A stretch of 64,000 bases of DNA. Origin: an uncultured Collinsella sp. Its GTDB lineage: Bacteria > Actinomycetota > Coriobacteriia > Coriobacteriales > Coriobacteriaceae. A program made the position numbers and the translations under genes. The DNA lies in NCBI GenBank assembly GCA_959020035.1, contig CAUEQX010000001.1, positions 409 to 64,408 of the forward strand, given 5' to 3'. Shown here in pieces: positions 41,305 through 51,072 of the stretch (position 1 is its first letter; each line of letters starts with the position of its first letter). The notes beneath the pieces are model-generated. The model worked only from the letters and a program-made list of their open reading frames with translations. It made no database searches and was not told where the DNA came from.

Positions 41305-42561
41305 ATGGCTTCCACCAACTCCAACAAGGGTCGCGCCGTCGTGCTTTCCGCCGCGTGCGTCACCATGTTCTTCATCAGCTCCATCGCGCTGTATTCCGTC
41401 GTGAGCAAGAACCTGCTCGCCGTCTACCCCGAGTGGTCCAGCGCTCTTACCTGGGCCTTCCCCGTCTTCCAGACCATCATGGCCGTGACGGGCATCTTCG
41501 CCGGCCGCATCTCCGATAAAATCGGCCCCCGCAACGTCGTGATCGCCGCCGCCGCGTGCTACGGCCTGGGCTGGTTCATGTCCGGCACCGTCACCGAGCC
41601 GTGGCAGTTCTACCTGTGGTTCTCGCTCGTCGCCGCCATCGGCAACGGCCTGGGCTACAACCCCGCGCTCACCACCGGCCAAAAGTGGTTCATCGACAAG
41701 AAGGGTCTCGCCTCCGGCATCACCCTGGCCGCTTCGACCGCCGGTCCCGCCGTGCTGTCCCCGGTGCTCGCCTCGCTGCTCATCCCGAGCCTGGGCATCT
41801 TTGGCGCCCTTAAGGCGCTCGGCGTCATCTTCTTTGTGACGATCGCCGCCTCCGCCCTGTTCCTGAAGGCCCCCGAGGCCGGTTGGCTGCCCGAGGGCTT
41901 CGAGGCCCCCAAGGGCGGCGCGCACGCTGGCACCTTCGGCGACCTCACCCCGGGCGAGATGGTCAAGACCCCGCGCTTCTGGGTCCTCATCGTCACCTTC
42001 GCCTTTGCCGCCACCGCGGGCACCCTGCTCGTGGGCAAGGTTGCCTCCATCGCCGCCGTTCAGCTCTTCGCCGACCCCACGAGCGCCGCGGCCGTCGCCC
42101 TCGGCGGTGTGGTGGTCTCCGTCAACACCTGCGCCAACCTGGTCGGCCGTCTGTCCTTTGGCCAGATCATCGACAAGCTCGGCGCCTATAAGTCGCTGCT
42201 CATCAGCCTTGTCGTCACCATCGTCGCACTCGTCATCATGTCGATGAGCTTTACGCAGGCCATGTTCTTTGTGGCGCTCGCTCTGCTCGGCTTTAGCTTT
42301 GGCGCTCTGCTCGTCATCTACCCGCCGCTCACCGGTGGCGCCTTTGGCACCAGTAACATCGGCGTCAACTACGGCATCATGTTTTTGGGTTATGCCGCTT
42401 CCACCTGGATCAGCCAGCCCATCACCGCCGTGCTGTATCACGCCGAGGCCGGCAGCGCCGCCTACCAGCAGTCCTTCTACGGCGCCATTGTGATCGCCGC
42501 CATCGCCGTCGTGCTCACCGTCTACATGATGGTCTCCGACAGCAAGAAGAAGTCCGCTTAG
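41305..42561 (+). CDS. MFS transporter (OFA-like)
   Basis: GRISDKIGPR, KWFIDKKGLASG, NLVGRL, GVNYG. Confidence 0.9.
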   Translation: MASTNSNKGRAVVLSAACVTMFFISSIALYSVVSKNLLAVYPEWSSALTWAFPVFQTIMAVTGIFAGRISDKIGPRNVVIAAAACYGLGWFMSGTVTEPWQFYLWFSLVAAIGNGLGYNPALTTGQKWFIDKKGLASGITLAASTAGPAVLSPVLASLLIPSLGIFGALKALGVIFFVTIAASALFLKAPEAGWLPEGFEAPKGGAHAGTFGDLTPGEMVKTPRFWVLIVTFAFAATAGTLLVGKVASIAAVQLFADPTSAAAVALGGVVVSVNTCANLVGRLSFGQIIDKLGAYKSLLISLVVTIVALVIMSMSFTQAMFFVALALLGFSFGALLVIYPPLTGGAFGTSNIGVNYGIMFLGYAASTWISQPITAVLYHAEAGSAAYQQSFYGAIVIAAIAVVLTVYMMVSDSKKKSA

Positions 42562-42570
42562 TAATTGCCG

Positions 42571-42601
42571 ATGTGACAAAGGGACTGTCCCTTTGTCACA
42601 T
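42571..42601. repeat. REP-like palindrome, family 2
   Basis: ATGTGACAAAGGGAC-T-GTCCCTTTGTCACAT, perfect palindrome around one base. Confidence 0.88.
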
Positions 42602-42630
42602 TCCATCGCCACCACTATTAAGGAGTCGAA

Positions 42631-43671
42631 ATGTCTGAGCTCAATCCCGTCCGCATTGCCGTCATCGGTGCCGGCGCCATGGGCCGCAACCACATCCGCT
42701 TTGTCACCGAGGAGCCCGAGGCCGAGCTCGTCGCCATCGCCGACGCCTTTGAGGGCGCCCGCGCCACGGCCGAGGCCGCCGGCGTGCCGTTCTTTACCGA
42801 TCCCGCCCAGATGATGGACGAGGTCAAGCCCGAGGCCGTCATCATCGCCACGCCCAACGACCTGCACCTGGGCGTCGCCCGCGAGGCCGTCAAGCGCAAC
42901 ATCGTGCCGCTGGTCGAAAAGCCGATCTCCAACGACCTGGAGGATGCCCAGGCCTTTGCCGCCGAGGCCGAGACCGCCGGCGTGCCCGTGCTCGTGGGTC
43001 AGCACCGTCGCCACAATCCCTTCGTCAACAAGGCCAAGGAGATCATCGAGTCCGGCGAGCTGGGCAAGCTCACCGTGTCGAGCTTCCACTACATGATCTA
43101 TAAGAATGACGAGTACTTCGACGTCGAGTGGCGCCGCAAGAAGGGTGCCGGCCCGATCCTGGTCAACCTGGTTCACGACGTCGACCTGCTCCGCTACCTG
43201 CTGGGCGAGCCCGTTGCCGTCCAGGGCATGCAGTCCAGCGCCGCCCGCGGTTTTGAGACCGAGGACTCCGCCGTGGTCAACGTCCGTTTTGCCGATGGCG
43301 CACTCGCGAGCATGACTATCTCCGACGCCACCGCCAGCCCCTGGAACTGGGAGGCAACCGCCCGCGAGGACCCGCAGTACCGCCCCTTCGACGCCGACGC
43401 CTACTTTATCGGTGGCACCAAGGGCGCCCTTTCGCTGCCCCGCCTGCATCAGTTCTCCTATGACGGCGCCTCCAACTGGCACAAGCCGCTGCAGATGGAG
43501 ATTCCGGCCGTCGACCCGACGCTGCCGCACAAGATGCAGCTCAAGCACTTTGTGAAGGTCGTCCGCCGCGAGGTCGAGCCCGTCGTGACCCCCGCCGACA
43601 ACGTCAAGACGCTCACGCTTCTTAACGCCATCAAGGAGGCCGCCGAGTCCGGCCAGCTCGTCGAGCTGTAA
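42631..43671 (+). CDS. Gfo/Idh/MocA family oxidoreductase
   Basis: IGAGAMG, ATPN..H, VEKP, HDVDLL. Confidence 0.93.
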   Translation: MSELNPVRIAVIGAGAMGRNHIRFVTEEPEAELVAIADAFEGARATAEAAGVPFFTDPAQMMDEVKPEAVIIATPNDLHLGVAREAVKRNIVPLVEKPISNDLEDAQAFAAEAETAGVPVLVGQHRRHNPFVNKAKEIIESGELGKLTVSSFHYMIYKNDEYFDVEWRRKKGAGPILVNLVHDVDLLRYLLGEPVAVQGMQSSAARGFETEDSAVVNVRFADGALASMTISDATASPWNWEATAREDPQYRPFDADAYFIGGTKGALSLPRLHQFSYDGASNWHKPLQMEIPAVDPTLPHKMQLKHFVKVVRREVEPVVTPADNVKTLTLLNAIKEAAESGQLVEL

Positions 43672-43740
43672 TGCCTTAGGGCAGGCCGCGGCAAACACCT
43701 AAGCCGAGCCCCTCGGCCCACCACAAATAAGCCCCTCTTC

Positions 43741-43779
43741 TTTGCCCCGCGAGCAGCCTCCTGCCCGCGGGGCATTTTG
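43741..43779 (+). terminator. Probable terminator of the SDR-MFS-Gfo operon
   Basis: TGCCCCGCGAGCAG/CTGCCCGCGGGGCA stem followed by TTTT. Confidence 0.6.
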
Positions 43780-44080
43780 CTACCTTGCCGACGATTTTCC
43801 TGGAGCGAGGCTATTTTGCGCCTCAGCCTGATTCGTTCGCCACGAAATGGGCCTGTCTACTACGTTTAATCGATCACCCTCAACCATGCCAAATTTCGCA
43901 AAAATAAAACCGCAGGTAAACGGCTTGCCGAATTTCGGAAAACCCAGGTATGGTCGACCCCTACGGGTAAAACGTAGTAGATAGGCCGTTTTCGTGGCGC
44001 GGTCCCAAAACAGCCTTTTGGGACGGGTGGTATCCTTGGTAGCCCTGTGCTGCAAACGCACCTTAAACGCAAGGAGTCCC

Positions 44081-46228
44081 ATGGATCTTATCGCCCAGCT
44101 CGCCCGCGAGCTCAACCTTAAGGCCGCCAACATCGAGGCGGCCGTCAAGCTCATCGACGAGGGCAACACCATCCCCTTTATCTCGCGCTACCGCAAGGAA
44201 GCAACGGGCGGCATGGACGACGTCGCCCTGCGCGCACTCGACGAGCGTCTGTCCTACCTGCGCAATCTTGAGCAGCGAAAAGAGGACGTCATTCTGCTCA
44301 TCGACGCCCAGGGCAAACTCACGCCCGAACTCGAGCAGCAGATTCGCGAGGCCACGCAGCTCCAGCGTGTCGAGGACCTCTACAAGCCCTACCGCAAAAA
44401 GCGCATGACTCGCGCACAGAAGGCCCGCGAGGCAGGCCTGGAGCCGCTCGCCAACATGATCATCATGCAGGCCTCGGCCAAGGGCAGCGCGCTCGACGCC
44501 GCCGCGGCATACGTCAACGAGGAGGCCGGCTTCGACACGCCCGAAAAGGCACTCGCGGGTGCGGCCGACATCGTGGCCGAAACGGTGGCCGAGGACCCCG
44601 AGAACGTCGCCGACCTGCGCGGCTTTACGCAAAACACCGCCGACATCGTCGTCGAGGCCACCGACCCCGCCGAGAAGACCCCCTACGAGCCCTACTACAA
44701 CTATGATGAGCCGCTGCGCCGTATACCCAACCACCGCGTGCTGGCTATCGACCGCGGCGAGCGCGAGGGCAAGCTTCGCGTGCGCGTGAACGTCGACGGC
44801 GCTGCCGCCACAGCGCGCCTCGGCAGCCGTTGGCCCCGACGCCAGGGCGCGTTTGCTCCCATCTTCGATGCCGCCATCGCCGACGGTTATAAGCGCCTCA
44901 TGGCCCCCTCGCTGGAGCGCGAGGCCCGCGCCAAACTCACCGTTCGCGCCCAGACCGAGGCCATCAACGTCTTTGCCAAGAATCTTGAGGGCCTGCTCTC
45001 GGCACGCCCCGTCCGTGGCGCCCGCGTGCTCGCGCTCGACCCGGGCTACCGCACGGGCTGCAAGGTCGCCGTCATGGACGAGACCGGCAAGCTGCTCGAC
45101 CACGGCGTGGTCTACCCCACCAAGCCGCGCCACGACGTCGCCGGCACCAAGCGCGAGCTCGCCCGCCTCGTCAAGAAGGACAGCGTCAACACCATCGTCA
45201 TCGGCAACGGCACCGCCAGCCGCGAGACCGAGGAAGTCGTCTCGGAGTTCATCGCCGAGCAGGCGCCCAGCCTTCGCTACACCATCGTCAACGAAGCCGG
45301 CGCATCGGTGTACTCCGCCTCCGAGCTCGCCAGCCAGGAGTATCCCGATCTGGATGTCACCGTGCGTGGCGCCATGAGCCTGGGCCGCCGCCTGCAGGAC
45401 CCGCTGGCAGAGCTCGTTAAGATTCCGCCCCAGTCCATCGGCGTGGGCCAGTACCAGCACGACCTTGACCAGGCCGAGCTTTCGCGCACCCTGGGCCACG
45501 TGGTGGAAGACGTCGTCAACCGTGTGGGCGTCGACGTCAACACCGCGAGCGCGAGCCTGCTGGGATACGTATCGGGCATCACGCCGAGCGTGGCCAAGAA
45601 CATCGTGGCCTACCGCGAGGAAAACGGCGCCTTTACCGATCGCCGCCAGCTTAAGAAGGTCCCCAAGTTGGGGCCCAAGGCATATCTCAACGCCGCGGGC
45701 TTCCTGCGCATCAGCGGCGGCAAGAACCCGCTCGACGCGACAAGTGTCCACCCCGAAAGCTACGAGGTGGCCACATCCGTCTTGGAGCGCGCAGGCGTTA
45801 AAGCCAGCGAGCTCAGCCGCGGCGGCGTGCCCGACATCGAGCGCCGTCTGGGAAGCATCTCGACGCTGGCACGCGACCTGGACTGCGGCACCCTCACGCT
45901 CATCGACATCGTCAGCGAGCTCAAGAAGCCCGGCCGCGACCCGCGCGACGACGCACCCGAGGTGGTCTTTAGCCGCTCAGCGCTTTCCATCGATGACCTG
46001 GAACCCGGCATGGAGCTCAAGGGCACGGTGCGCAACGTCGTCGACTTTGGCGCCTTCGTCGACGTGGGCGTGCACCAGGACGGCCTCGTACACATCTCCA
46101 AGCTGGCCAACCGCTTTGTCAAGCACCCGAGCGACGTGGTACGCGTCGGCGACACGGTAAAGGTGTGGGTAGAGAAGGTCGACCGCGACCGCAAAAAGAT
46201 CTCCCTGACCATGGTGCAGGGGAAGTAA
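44081..46228 (+). CDS. tex: Tex family RNA-binding protein
   Basis: GNTIPFISRYRKE, DPGYRTGCK, NEAGASVYSAS, GVGQYQHD, C-terminal S1 domain. Confidence 0.96.
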   Translation: MDLIAQLARELNLKAANIEAAVKLIDEGNTIPFISRYRKEATGGMDDVALRALDERLSYLRNLEQRKEDVILLIDAQGKLTPELEQQIREATQLQRVEDLYKPYRKKRMTRAQKAREAGLEPLANMIIMQASAKGSALDAAAAYVNEEAGFDTPEKALAGAADIVAETVAEDPENVADLRGFTQNTADIVVEATDPAEKTPYEPYYNYDEPLRRIPNHRVLAIDRGEREGKLRVRVNVDGAAATARLGSRWPRRQGAFAPIFDAAIADGYKRLMAPSLEREARAKLTVRAQTEAINVFAKNLEGLLSARPVRGARVLALDPGYRTGCKVAVMDETGKLLDHGVVYPTKPRHDVAGTKRELARLVKKDSVNTIVIGNGTASRETEEVVSEFIAEQAPSLRYTIVNEAGASVYSASELASQEYPDLDVTVRGAMSLGRRLQDPLAELVKIPPQSIGVGQYQHDLDQAELSRTLGHVVEDVVNRVGVDVNTASASLLGYVSGITPSVAKNIVAYREENGAFTDRRQLKKVPKLGPKAYLNAAGFLRISGGKNPLDATSVHPESYEVATSVLERAGVKASELSRGGVPDIERRLGSISTLARDLDCGTLTLIDIVSELKKPGRDPRDDAPEVVFSRSALSIDDLEPGMELKGTVRNVVDFGAFVDVGVHQDGLVHISKLANRFVKHPSDVVRVGDTVKVWVEKVDRDRKKISLTMVQGK

Positions 46229-46326
46229 ACCGCCAAAGCAAGGGTCCCCCCGGTAGCGACGTGCAAAATCGCGAGTATTCTGCAAATTCCGCCGTTCCGG
46301 ATGCCCCTCAGAGGCGAAAAAGCAAA

Positions 46327-46371
46327 AACAGCCCCCGTTTTAGCGTCGTCAGAGCCAAAACGGGGGCTGTT
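46327..46371. terminator. Hairpin between convergent tex and transaldolase-family genes
   Basis: AACAGCCCCCGTTTT/AAAACGGGGGCTGTT stem, with a T run on the minus strand. Confidence 0.6.
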
Positions 46372-46454
46372 CCGTGCTTTATCTAGCTGGTAAAAGCCTT
46401 TACCTTGCTGAATACTCTCAATTTTGCACGGCGCAGGCGGGGGTACCTTTGCCC

Positions 46455-46630
46455 ACGGCAGGATATGGAAACCAATCACCAACCTACTGGCAAGTTCGTG
46501 TCGGCAGCCCCGGCCTTTCCTTTGCCTGGCGCGACCCTCGCGAAGCGAGTGAGCGATAGAGGAAAGGAAAGGCCGGGGCGAACAACCCTCGGAGCAGCCA
46601 GTGCTCACGTTACGGCAGGATATGGAAACC
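46455..46630 (-). mobile_element. Small structured insert flanked by 19-bp direct repeats
   Basis: ACGGCAGGATATGGAAACC at 46455-46473 and 46612-46630; internal stem GCCCCGGCCTTTCCTTT/AAAGGAAAGGCCGGGGC. Confidence 0.55.
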
Positions 46631-47314
46631 GAGTGCCGCGATATCTTTGGCAAAGCCGCGGACGGTGTCGAGCGAGACCTCGTACGGGTCGCGACCGATG
46701 TTCTTGCGCTTGGCCAGGATGCTGTTGGGCACCGTGATGATCTGGCAACCGCAGGCCTCGGCCTGGTAAATGTTGATAAGCTCACGCGTGGACGCCCACA
46801 GGACCTCGCAGTTGGGCTTAGCGGCGGCCTTCTTGACCGACTCCGTCACAAACGGAATGGGGTCGACGCCGGTGTCGGCGATACGGCCGGCAAAGAGCGA
46901 GATGATGGACGGCGTCTCGGCGTCAACGGCCTCGACCATCTCGTCGACCTGCTCGGGCGTAAAGATAGTGGTGACGTTGACCTTGATGCCATCGGCCGAA
47001 AGCTTGCGGACCAGCTCGGCGGTGGACTCGCCCTTGGTGGTCACGCACGGAATCTTGACGTAGACGTTGTCGGCCCAGGTAGCGATCTCGCGGGCCTCGA
47101 CCTCCATGGTCTCGACGTCATCGGCAAAGACCTCAAACGAGACGGACACATCGGTGATGTGAGCCAGAACCTCCTTGGCAAACGCGCGGTAATCCGTCAC
47201 GCCACCCTTCTTCATAAGGGACGGGTTGGTCGTGAAACCCTGAACGTTGCCGTTCTCGTACATGTCGAGCATGCCCTCGAGGTTTGCACCGTCAGCGAAC
47301 ACCTTGATTGCCAT
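46610..47314 (-). CDS. Transaldolase / fructose-6-phosphate aldolase family protein
   Basis: FADGA, GFTTNPSLM, VYVKIP, NVT, SLFAGR, LWASTRE. Confidence 0.92.
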   Translation of the reverse strand: MAIKVFADGANLEGMLDMYENGNVQGFTTNPSLMKKGGVTDYRAFAKEVLAHITDVSVSFEVFADDVETMEVEAREIATWADNVYVKIPCVTTKGESTAELVRKLSADGIKVNVTTIFTPEQVDEMVEAVDAETPSIISLFAGRIADTGVDPIPFVTESVKKAAAKPNCEVLWASTRELINIYQAEACGCQIITVPNSILAKRKNIGRDPYEVSLDTVRGFAKDIAALGFHILP

Positions 47315-47507
47315 CTGCCTGATTCCTTTCGTTTGCACACGGCCAGTAAGCTGCTAAACACTTTACCTATGTTTATCAAGGCGTGACCTGCGGGTTTTTA
47401 TCTTCTCGGCGAACGGTATAAACACCTCAGTGTTTGGATTGATAAATCGATTGAGCATGCAAAAGCAAAGAGTCGCAGTTTGAGCAAACGTCAGAACGCG
47501 AGATTCA

Positions 47508-48335
47508 TTAGATGAGGCCGAAATGCTGCATCGCCGTGACGGTGCCGTCGTGCGCGACATCGTCGGTCACGTAGTCGGCGACCGCTTTGACCTCGGACAT
47601 GGCGTTGCCCATGGCGACAGCCGTCTCGACGGCAGCGAGCATGCCCAGGTCGTTGCCCGAATCGCCAAAGCCAAAGGTGCGCGCATTTCCCTCGCGGCCC
47701 AGATACGCCAGCGCTCGCGCCACGCCCACGCCCTTGTTGATGCCCTTGGGGCTCAGCTCGCGATTCCGACCACCGGTATTGCACAGCTCAAACTCGCGAT
47801 CGATAAAGCCGTCATCGTTGGCAACGCGAGCCAAACTGGGCACATTGAGGCATACCTTGCCCACGCGCAGACTGCCGTCGACGCGCATTTCCTCGGCGCT
47901 GTGCACCACAGAAGTGCCGATCAGAGACGACTGCTCAACACCCGCGGGTTCCAGGGCAAAAGTAGCCACGTTGGTCTCGAAAAAGGCCTCAATCCCTGCC
48001 GCGGCCATACGGCGTGCAAGCTCCTCGATAACGTCCTCGCCAAAGCAGTCCTCATGCACCACGCGGCCCTCGACCTCGAGCGTGGCGCCCGCCATGGCAA
48101 CGACACCCGCGGGGTCGAGCGCACGCAAGCTGTCCGCGATGAGCCACAGGGGGCGACCCGTGCAGATAAACGCCTTGTGCCCCGCGTCGCGCAGACGATG
48201 AAACGCCTCGACGACCATCTGCGAGGGGCGAACCGCCGAAAAGTCCTTATCGGTCATATCGTCGGGATCGAACGACGTCAGCGTGCCGTCCACGTCAAAA
48301 AAGAGCACGGCGGAATCGGGGCACGCATCAATCAT
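47508..48335 (-). CDS. Cof-type HAD hydrolase
   Basis: FDVDGTL, CTGR, NKG, FGDSGNDLGM, AMGNA. Confidence 0.92.
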   Translation of the reverse strand: MIDACPDSAVLFFDVDGTLTSFDPDDMTDKDFSAVRPSQMVVEAFHRLRDAGHKAFICTGRPLWLIADSLRALDPAGVVAMAGATLEVEGRVVHEDCFGEDVIEELARRMAAAGIEAFFETNVATFALEPAGVEQSSLIGTSVVHSAEEMRVDGSLRVGKVCLNVPSLARVANDDGFIDREFELCNTGGRNRELSPKGINKGVGVARALAYLGREGNARTFGFGDSGNDLGMLAAVETAVAMGNAMSEVKAVADYVTDDVAHDGTVTAMQHFGLI

Positions 48336-48410
48336 ATGGGTTCCTTTCGAGGATAAGGGCAAACGAAGCATCCATCATATAATGAAGCGACGCAACCAGA
48401 GAGGTCACCC

Positions 48411-50978
48411 ATGGAATTTTACGCAAGCTGCCCCGAGGGCTTTGAGTCCGCACTCGCCGATGAGCTTAAACGCCTCGGACTTTCGCATGTTCGCCGGCTG
48501 AAGGGCCGCGCTACATTTGAGGGCGAGCTCGAGCAAGGCTACCGAGCATGCCTGTGGTCGCGCCTGGCGAGCCGCGTGTTCGTGGTGCTCGGGCGCTTTG
48601 AGGCGCAGAATGCCGATGAACTGTACGATAGCGTTTACGACATCGCCTGGGAGAGCATCGTCCGCCCCGGCGCCACCATCGCCATCACAGCCCGCGGCGT
48701 GACCGAGCAGCTGCGCAACACGCGCTTCTCGGCCCTGCGCGCCAAAGACGCGCTGTGCGACCGTCTGGCCGAGACCACGGGCCGTCGCGCCGACGTCGAT
48801 GCTGCCGACCCCGACGTTCACCTGCTGCTTTCGCTGCGCCAGCGCCGCGCGAGCATCAGCCTGGACCTTTCAGGCGACCCGCTGTTCAAACGCCTGCCGC
48901 CCACAGCGACCCGCGCCGGCGAGGGCGCGCACGTGCTGCGCCCCGACTACGCCGCCCTGGTGCTGGCGCAGGTCGGCTGGACCGCACTGTGCGAGCGCGA
49001 GCTGACGGCCGATGATTACGAAAACGAAGCGCTGCCTACGCTGATCGACGCCTCGTGCGCCGGCGGCGGTCTGCTGCTGGAGGCCGTGAACATTCTGACC
49101 GACCGCGCCCCGGGCGCCGCACGCGAGCGCTGGGGCTTTGAGGGCTGGCAGCTGCACGACGCCGCCCTGTGGGAGCAGCTGCTTGCCGAGGCGCGCGAGC
49201 GCGAGACCGCGGCGCGTGAGCGCCAGGCGCGCATCGTCGCCGTGGACATTGACCCCGCCGCCCGCAAGACTGCCGAGCGCATGGTCAAGTGCGCCGGCTA
49301 CAAGCGTTTTGTCGACTTTTGCGCTGCCAAGCCAGCCACCGTGCTGGACCACGCGGGCGCCGTCGCCGGTGCCGCCGTGGTCGCGGACACCACCGAGACC
49401 CCGCTTTCGCTCATGCACGACGCCATGACGCTGGTCGGTGAGCTGCGCCGCGCGCCCGAGCTTTCCGCGGCGCCGGTCGCCGCGCTCACCCGCGATGGAT
49501 TGCTGGCCCGCGCGCTCCACGCCGAGCCCGAGCGCTCGATCGCCGTCATGCCCAATAACGAGGAGGCAACTATTGAGGTTTGGCCCTCGCTCGACCACGC
49601 CGCCGCGGCGTTTGAGGCTTCGACCAGTGCGGATGCCGAGGCCGAGGTTGCGGATGCCAACGAAGTCAACGACAACGCCGTCAACACCCCCATGCCCGAA
49701 CCTGCCGCCATGCTCGACCTGGGCGACGGCAAGCCGCTGCCCGTGCTCATCCCCGAGTCCGAGCAGTTCGCCAACCGCCTGCGTAAGAATGCCCGTCTGC
49801 GTCGCAAGTGGGCCAAGCGCGAGGGCGTGAGCTGCTACCGCGTCTACGATGCCGACCTACCCGACTACTCCGCCGCCATCGATCTGTACGAGGGCTGCCC
49901 GCAGACGCCGGGCCGCTGGCTCGTCATCGCCGAGTACGCCGCGCCTAAGACCATCGATCCCGCGCTAGCCCAGGCCCGCATGCTCGACATCTTGGCCATC
50001 GCGCCGCGCATCCTGGATGTTCCGGCCGAGCATGTGCACGCCAAGGCCCGCATGCGCTCGCGTGGCGGCTCGCAGTACGGCAAGCAGGGCGCCGGTAAGG
50101 GCGCATCAGGCGAGCGCGCCAACATCGCTCGCCGTCGCCTGCCGCTCATCGAAGAGGGCGGACTCACCTTTGCCGTCAACTTTGACGATTATCTGGATGT
50201 GGGCATCTTCCTGGATCACCGCGTCACCCGCAACCTGGTGCGCGAGCACGCCAAGCAGGCGCGTCGCTTCCTCAACCTGTTTGCCTATACCGGCACCGCC
50301 ACCTGCTACGCGGCGGACGGCGGCGTCGAGGAGACCGTGACGGTCGACCTCTCCAACACCTACCTGGACTGGGCCGAGCGCAACATGCGCCAAAACGGCT
50401 TTGTGGGACCGCAGCATCATTTTGTGCGCGACGACGTGCTCGCCTGGATTCGCGACCAACGCCAGACGCGCAACCGCTGGGACCTGATCTTTGTCGACCC
50501 GCCCACGTTCTCGAACTCGTCCAAGATGGGCCGCCGTACCTGGGATGTCCAACGCGACCATGTTGAGCTTTTGGCCGGCGTATCGCGCCTGCTCGCACAG
50601 GGTGGACATGCCATCTTTAGCTGCAACCTGCGTGGCTTCCGTCCCGAGACGCGCAAGCTCGCACGCGCGAGCGTGGTGCTGGAGGACATTACGGCACAGA
50701 CCATCCCCGAGGACTTCGCGCGCAACCAGAAGGTGCACCACTGCTATATCGTGCGCCGCCTGCCCATCGAGGATGCCATGGCCGAGGTCGGCTTTAGCGC
50801 CGAGGAGATTGCAGAGCGAACCGAGGAACTGCGCAATCCCGAGGCCCGCAAGCCCCGTGCGGCAGTACCCGCGCACGCGCAGGCCGGCAACGGCAAGTCG
50901 AACTTTGCCGGCAAACCCTCTCCTGCCGGCAAGCTCAAAAAGAAGAAGTTCTACGCCAGCAAGCCCAAGGGCAAATAA
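48411..50978 (+). CDS. rlmKL: RlmKL-like bifunctional 23S rRNA methyltransferase
   Basis: N-terminal THUMP-type region (CLWSRLASRV); C-terminal FANRLRKN, YRVYDADLP, FLDHR, FLNLFAYTG, DPPTFSNS. Confidence 0.88.
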   Translation: MEFYASCPEGFESALADELKRLGLSHVRRLKGRATFEGELEQGYRACLWSRLASRVFVVLGRFEAQNADELYDSVYDIAWESIVRPGATIAITARGVTEQLRNTRFSALRAKDALCDRLAETTGRRADVDAADPDVHLLLSLRQRRASISLDLSGDPLFKRLPPTATRAGEGAHVLRPDYAALVLAQVGWTALCERELTADDYENEALPTLIDASCAGGGLLLEAVNILTDRAPGAARERWGFEGWQLHDAALWEQLLAEARERETAARERQARIVAVDIDPAARKTAERMVKCAGYKRFVDFCAAKPATVLDHAGAVAGAAVVADTTETPLSLMHDAMTLVGELRRAPELSAAPVAALTRDGLLARALHAEPERSIAVMPNNEEATIEVWPSLDHAAAAFEASTSADAEAEVADANEVNDNAVNTPMPEPAAMLDLGDGKPLPVLIPESEQFANRLRKNARLRRKWAKREGVSCYRVYDADLPDYSAAIDLYEGCPQTPGRWLVIAEYAAPKTIDPALAQARMLDILAIAPRILDVPAEHVHAKARMRSRGGSQYGKQGAGKGASGERANIARRRLPLIEEGGLTFAVNFDDYLDVGIFLDHRVTRNLVREHAKQARRFLNLFAYTGTATCYAADGGVEETVTVDLSNTYLDWAERNMRQNGFVGPQHHFVRDDVLAWIRDQRQTRNRWDLIFVDPPTFSNSSKMGRRTWDVQRDHVELLAGVSRLLAQGGHAIFSCNLRGFRPETRKLARASVVLEDITAQTIPEDFARNQKVHHCYIVRRLPIEDAMAEVGFSAEEIAERTEELRNPEARKPRAAVPAHAQAGNGKSNFAGKPSPAGKLKKKKFYASKPKGK

Positions 50979-50981
50979 AAA

Positions 50982-51048
50982 AGTTGCGGTGGAATACGGA
51001 CTGTTTTGCCTGGAATTAGGCAAGTTTAGACCGTATTTCACCGCAACT
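50982..51048. terminator. Long hairpin between convergent rlmKL and response regulator genes
   Basis: AGTTGCGGTGGAATACGG...CCGTATTTCACCGCAACT with an inner TTGCCT/AGGCAA stem. Confidence 0.55.
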
Positions 51049-51072
51049 CATATTGAGATGGTGGTTGGCGAC

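Noticed and set aside
40126..43698. 1190-aa ORF on the minus strand
   Set aside because: Antisense shadow of three recognisable plus-strand genes; strong GC3 bias removes stops and no protein motifs are present.
43887..43943. Imperfect 17-bp direct repeat around a CCGCAGGT motif upstream of tex; the motif also occurs in other intergenic gaps
   Set aside because: Too short and too common in GC-rich DNA to support without a statistical test.
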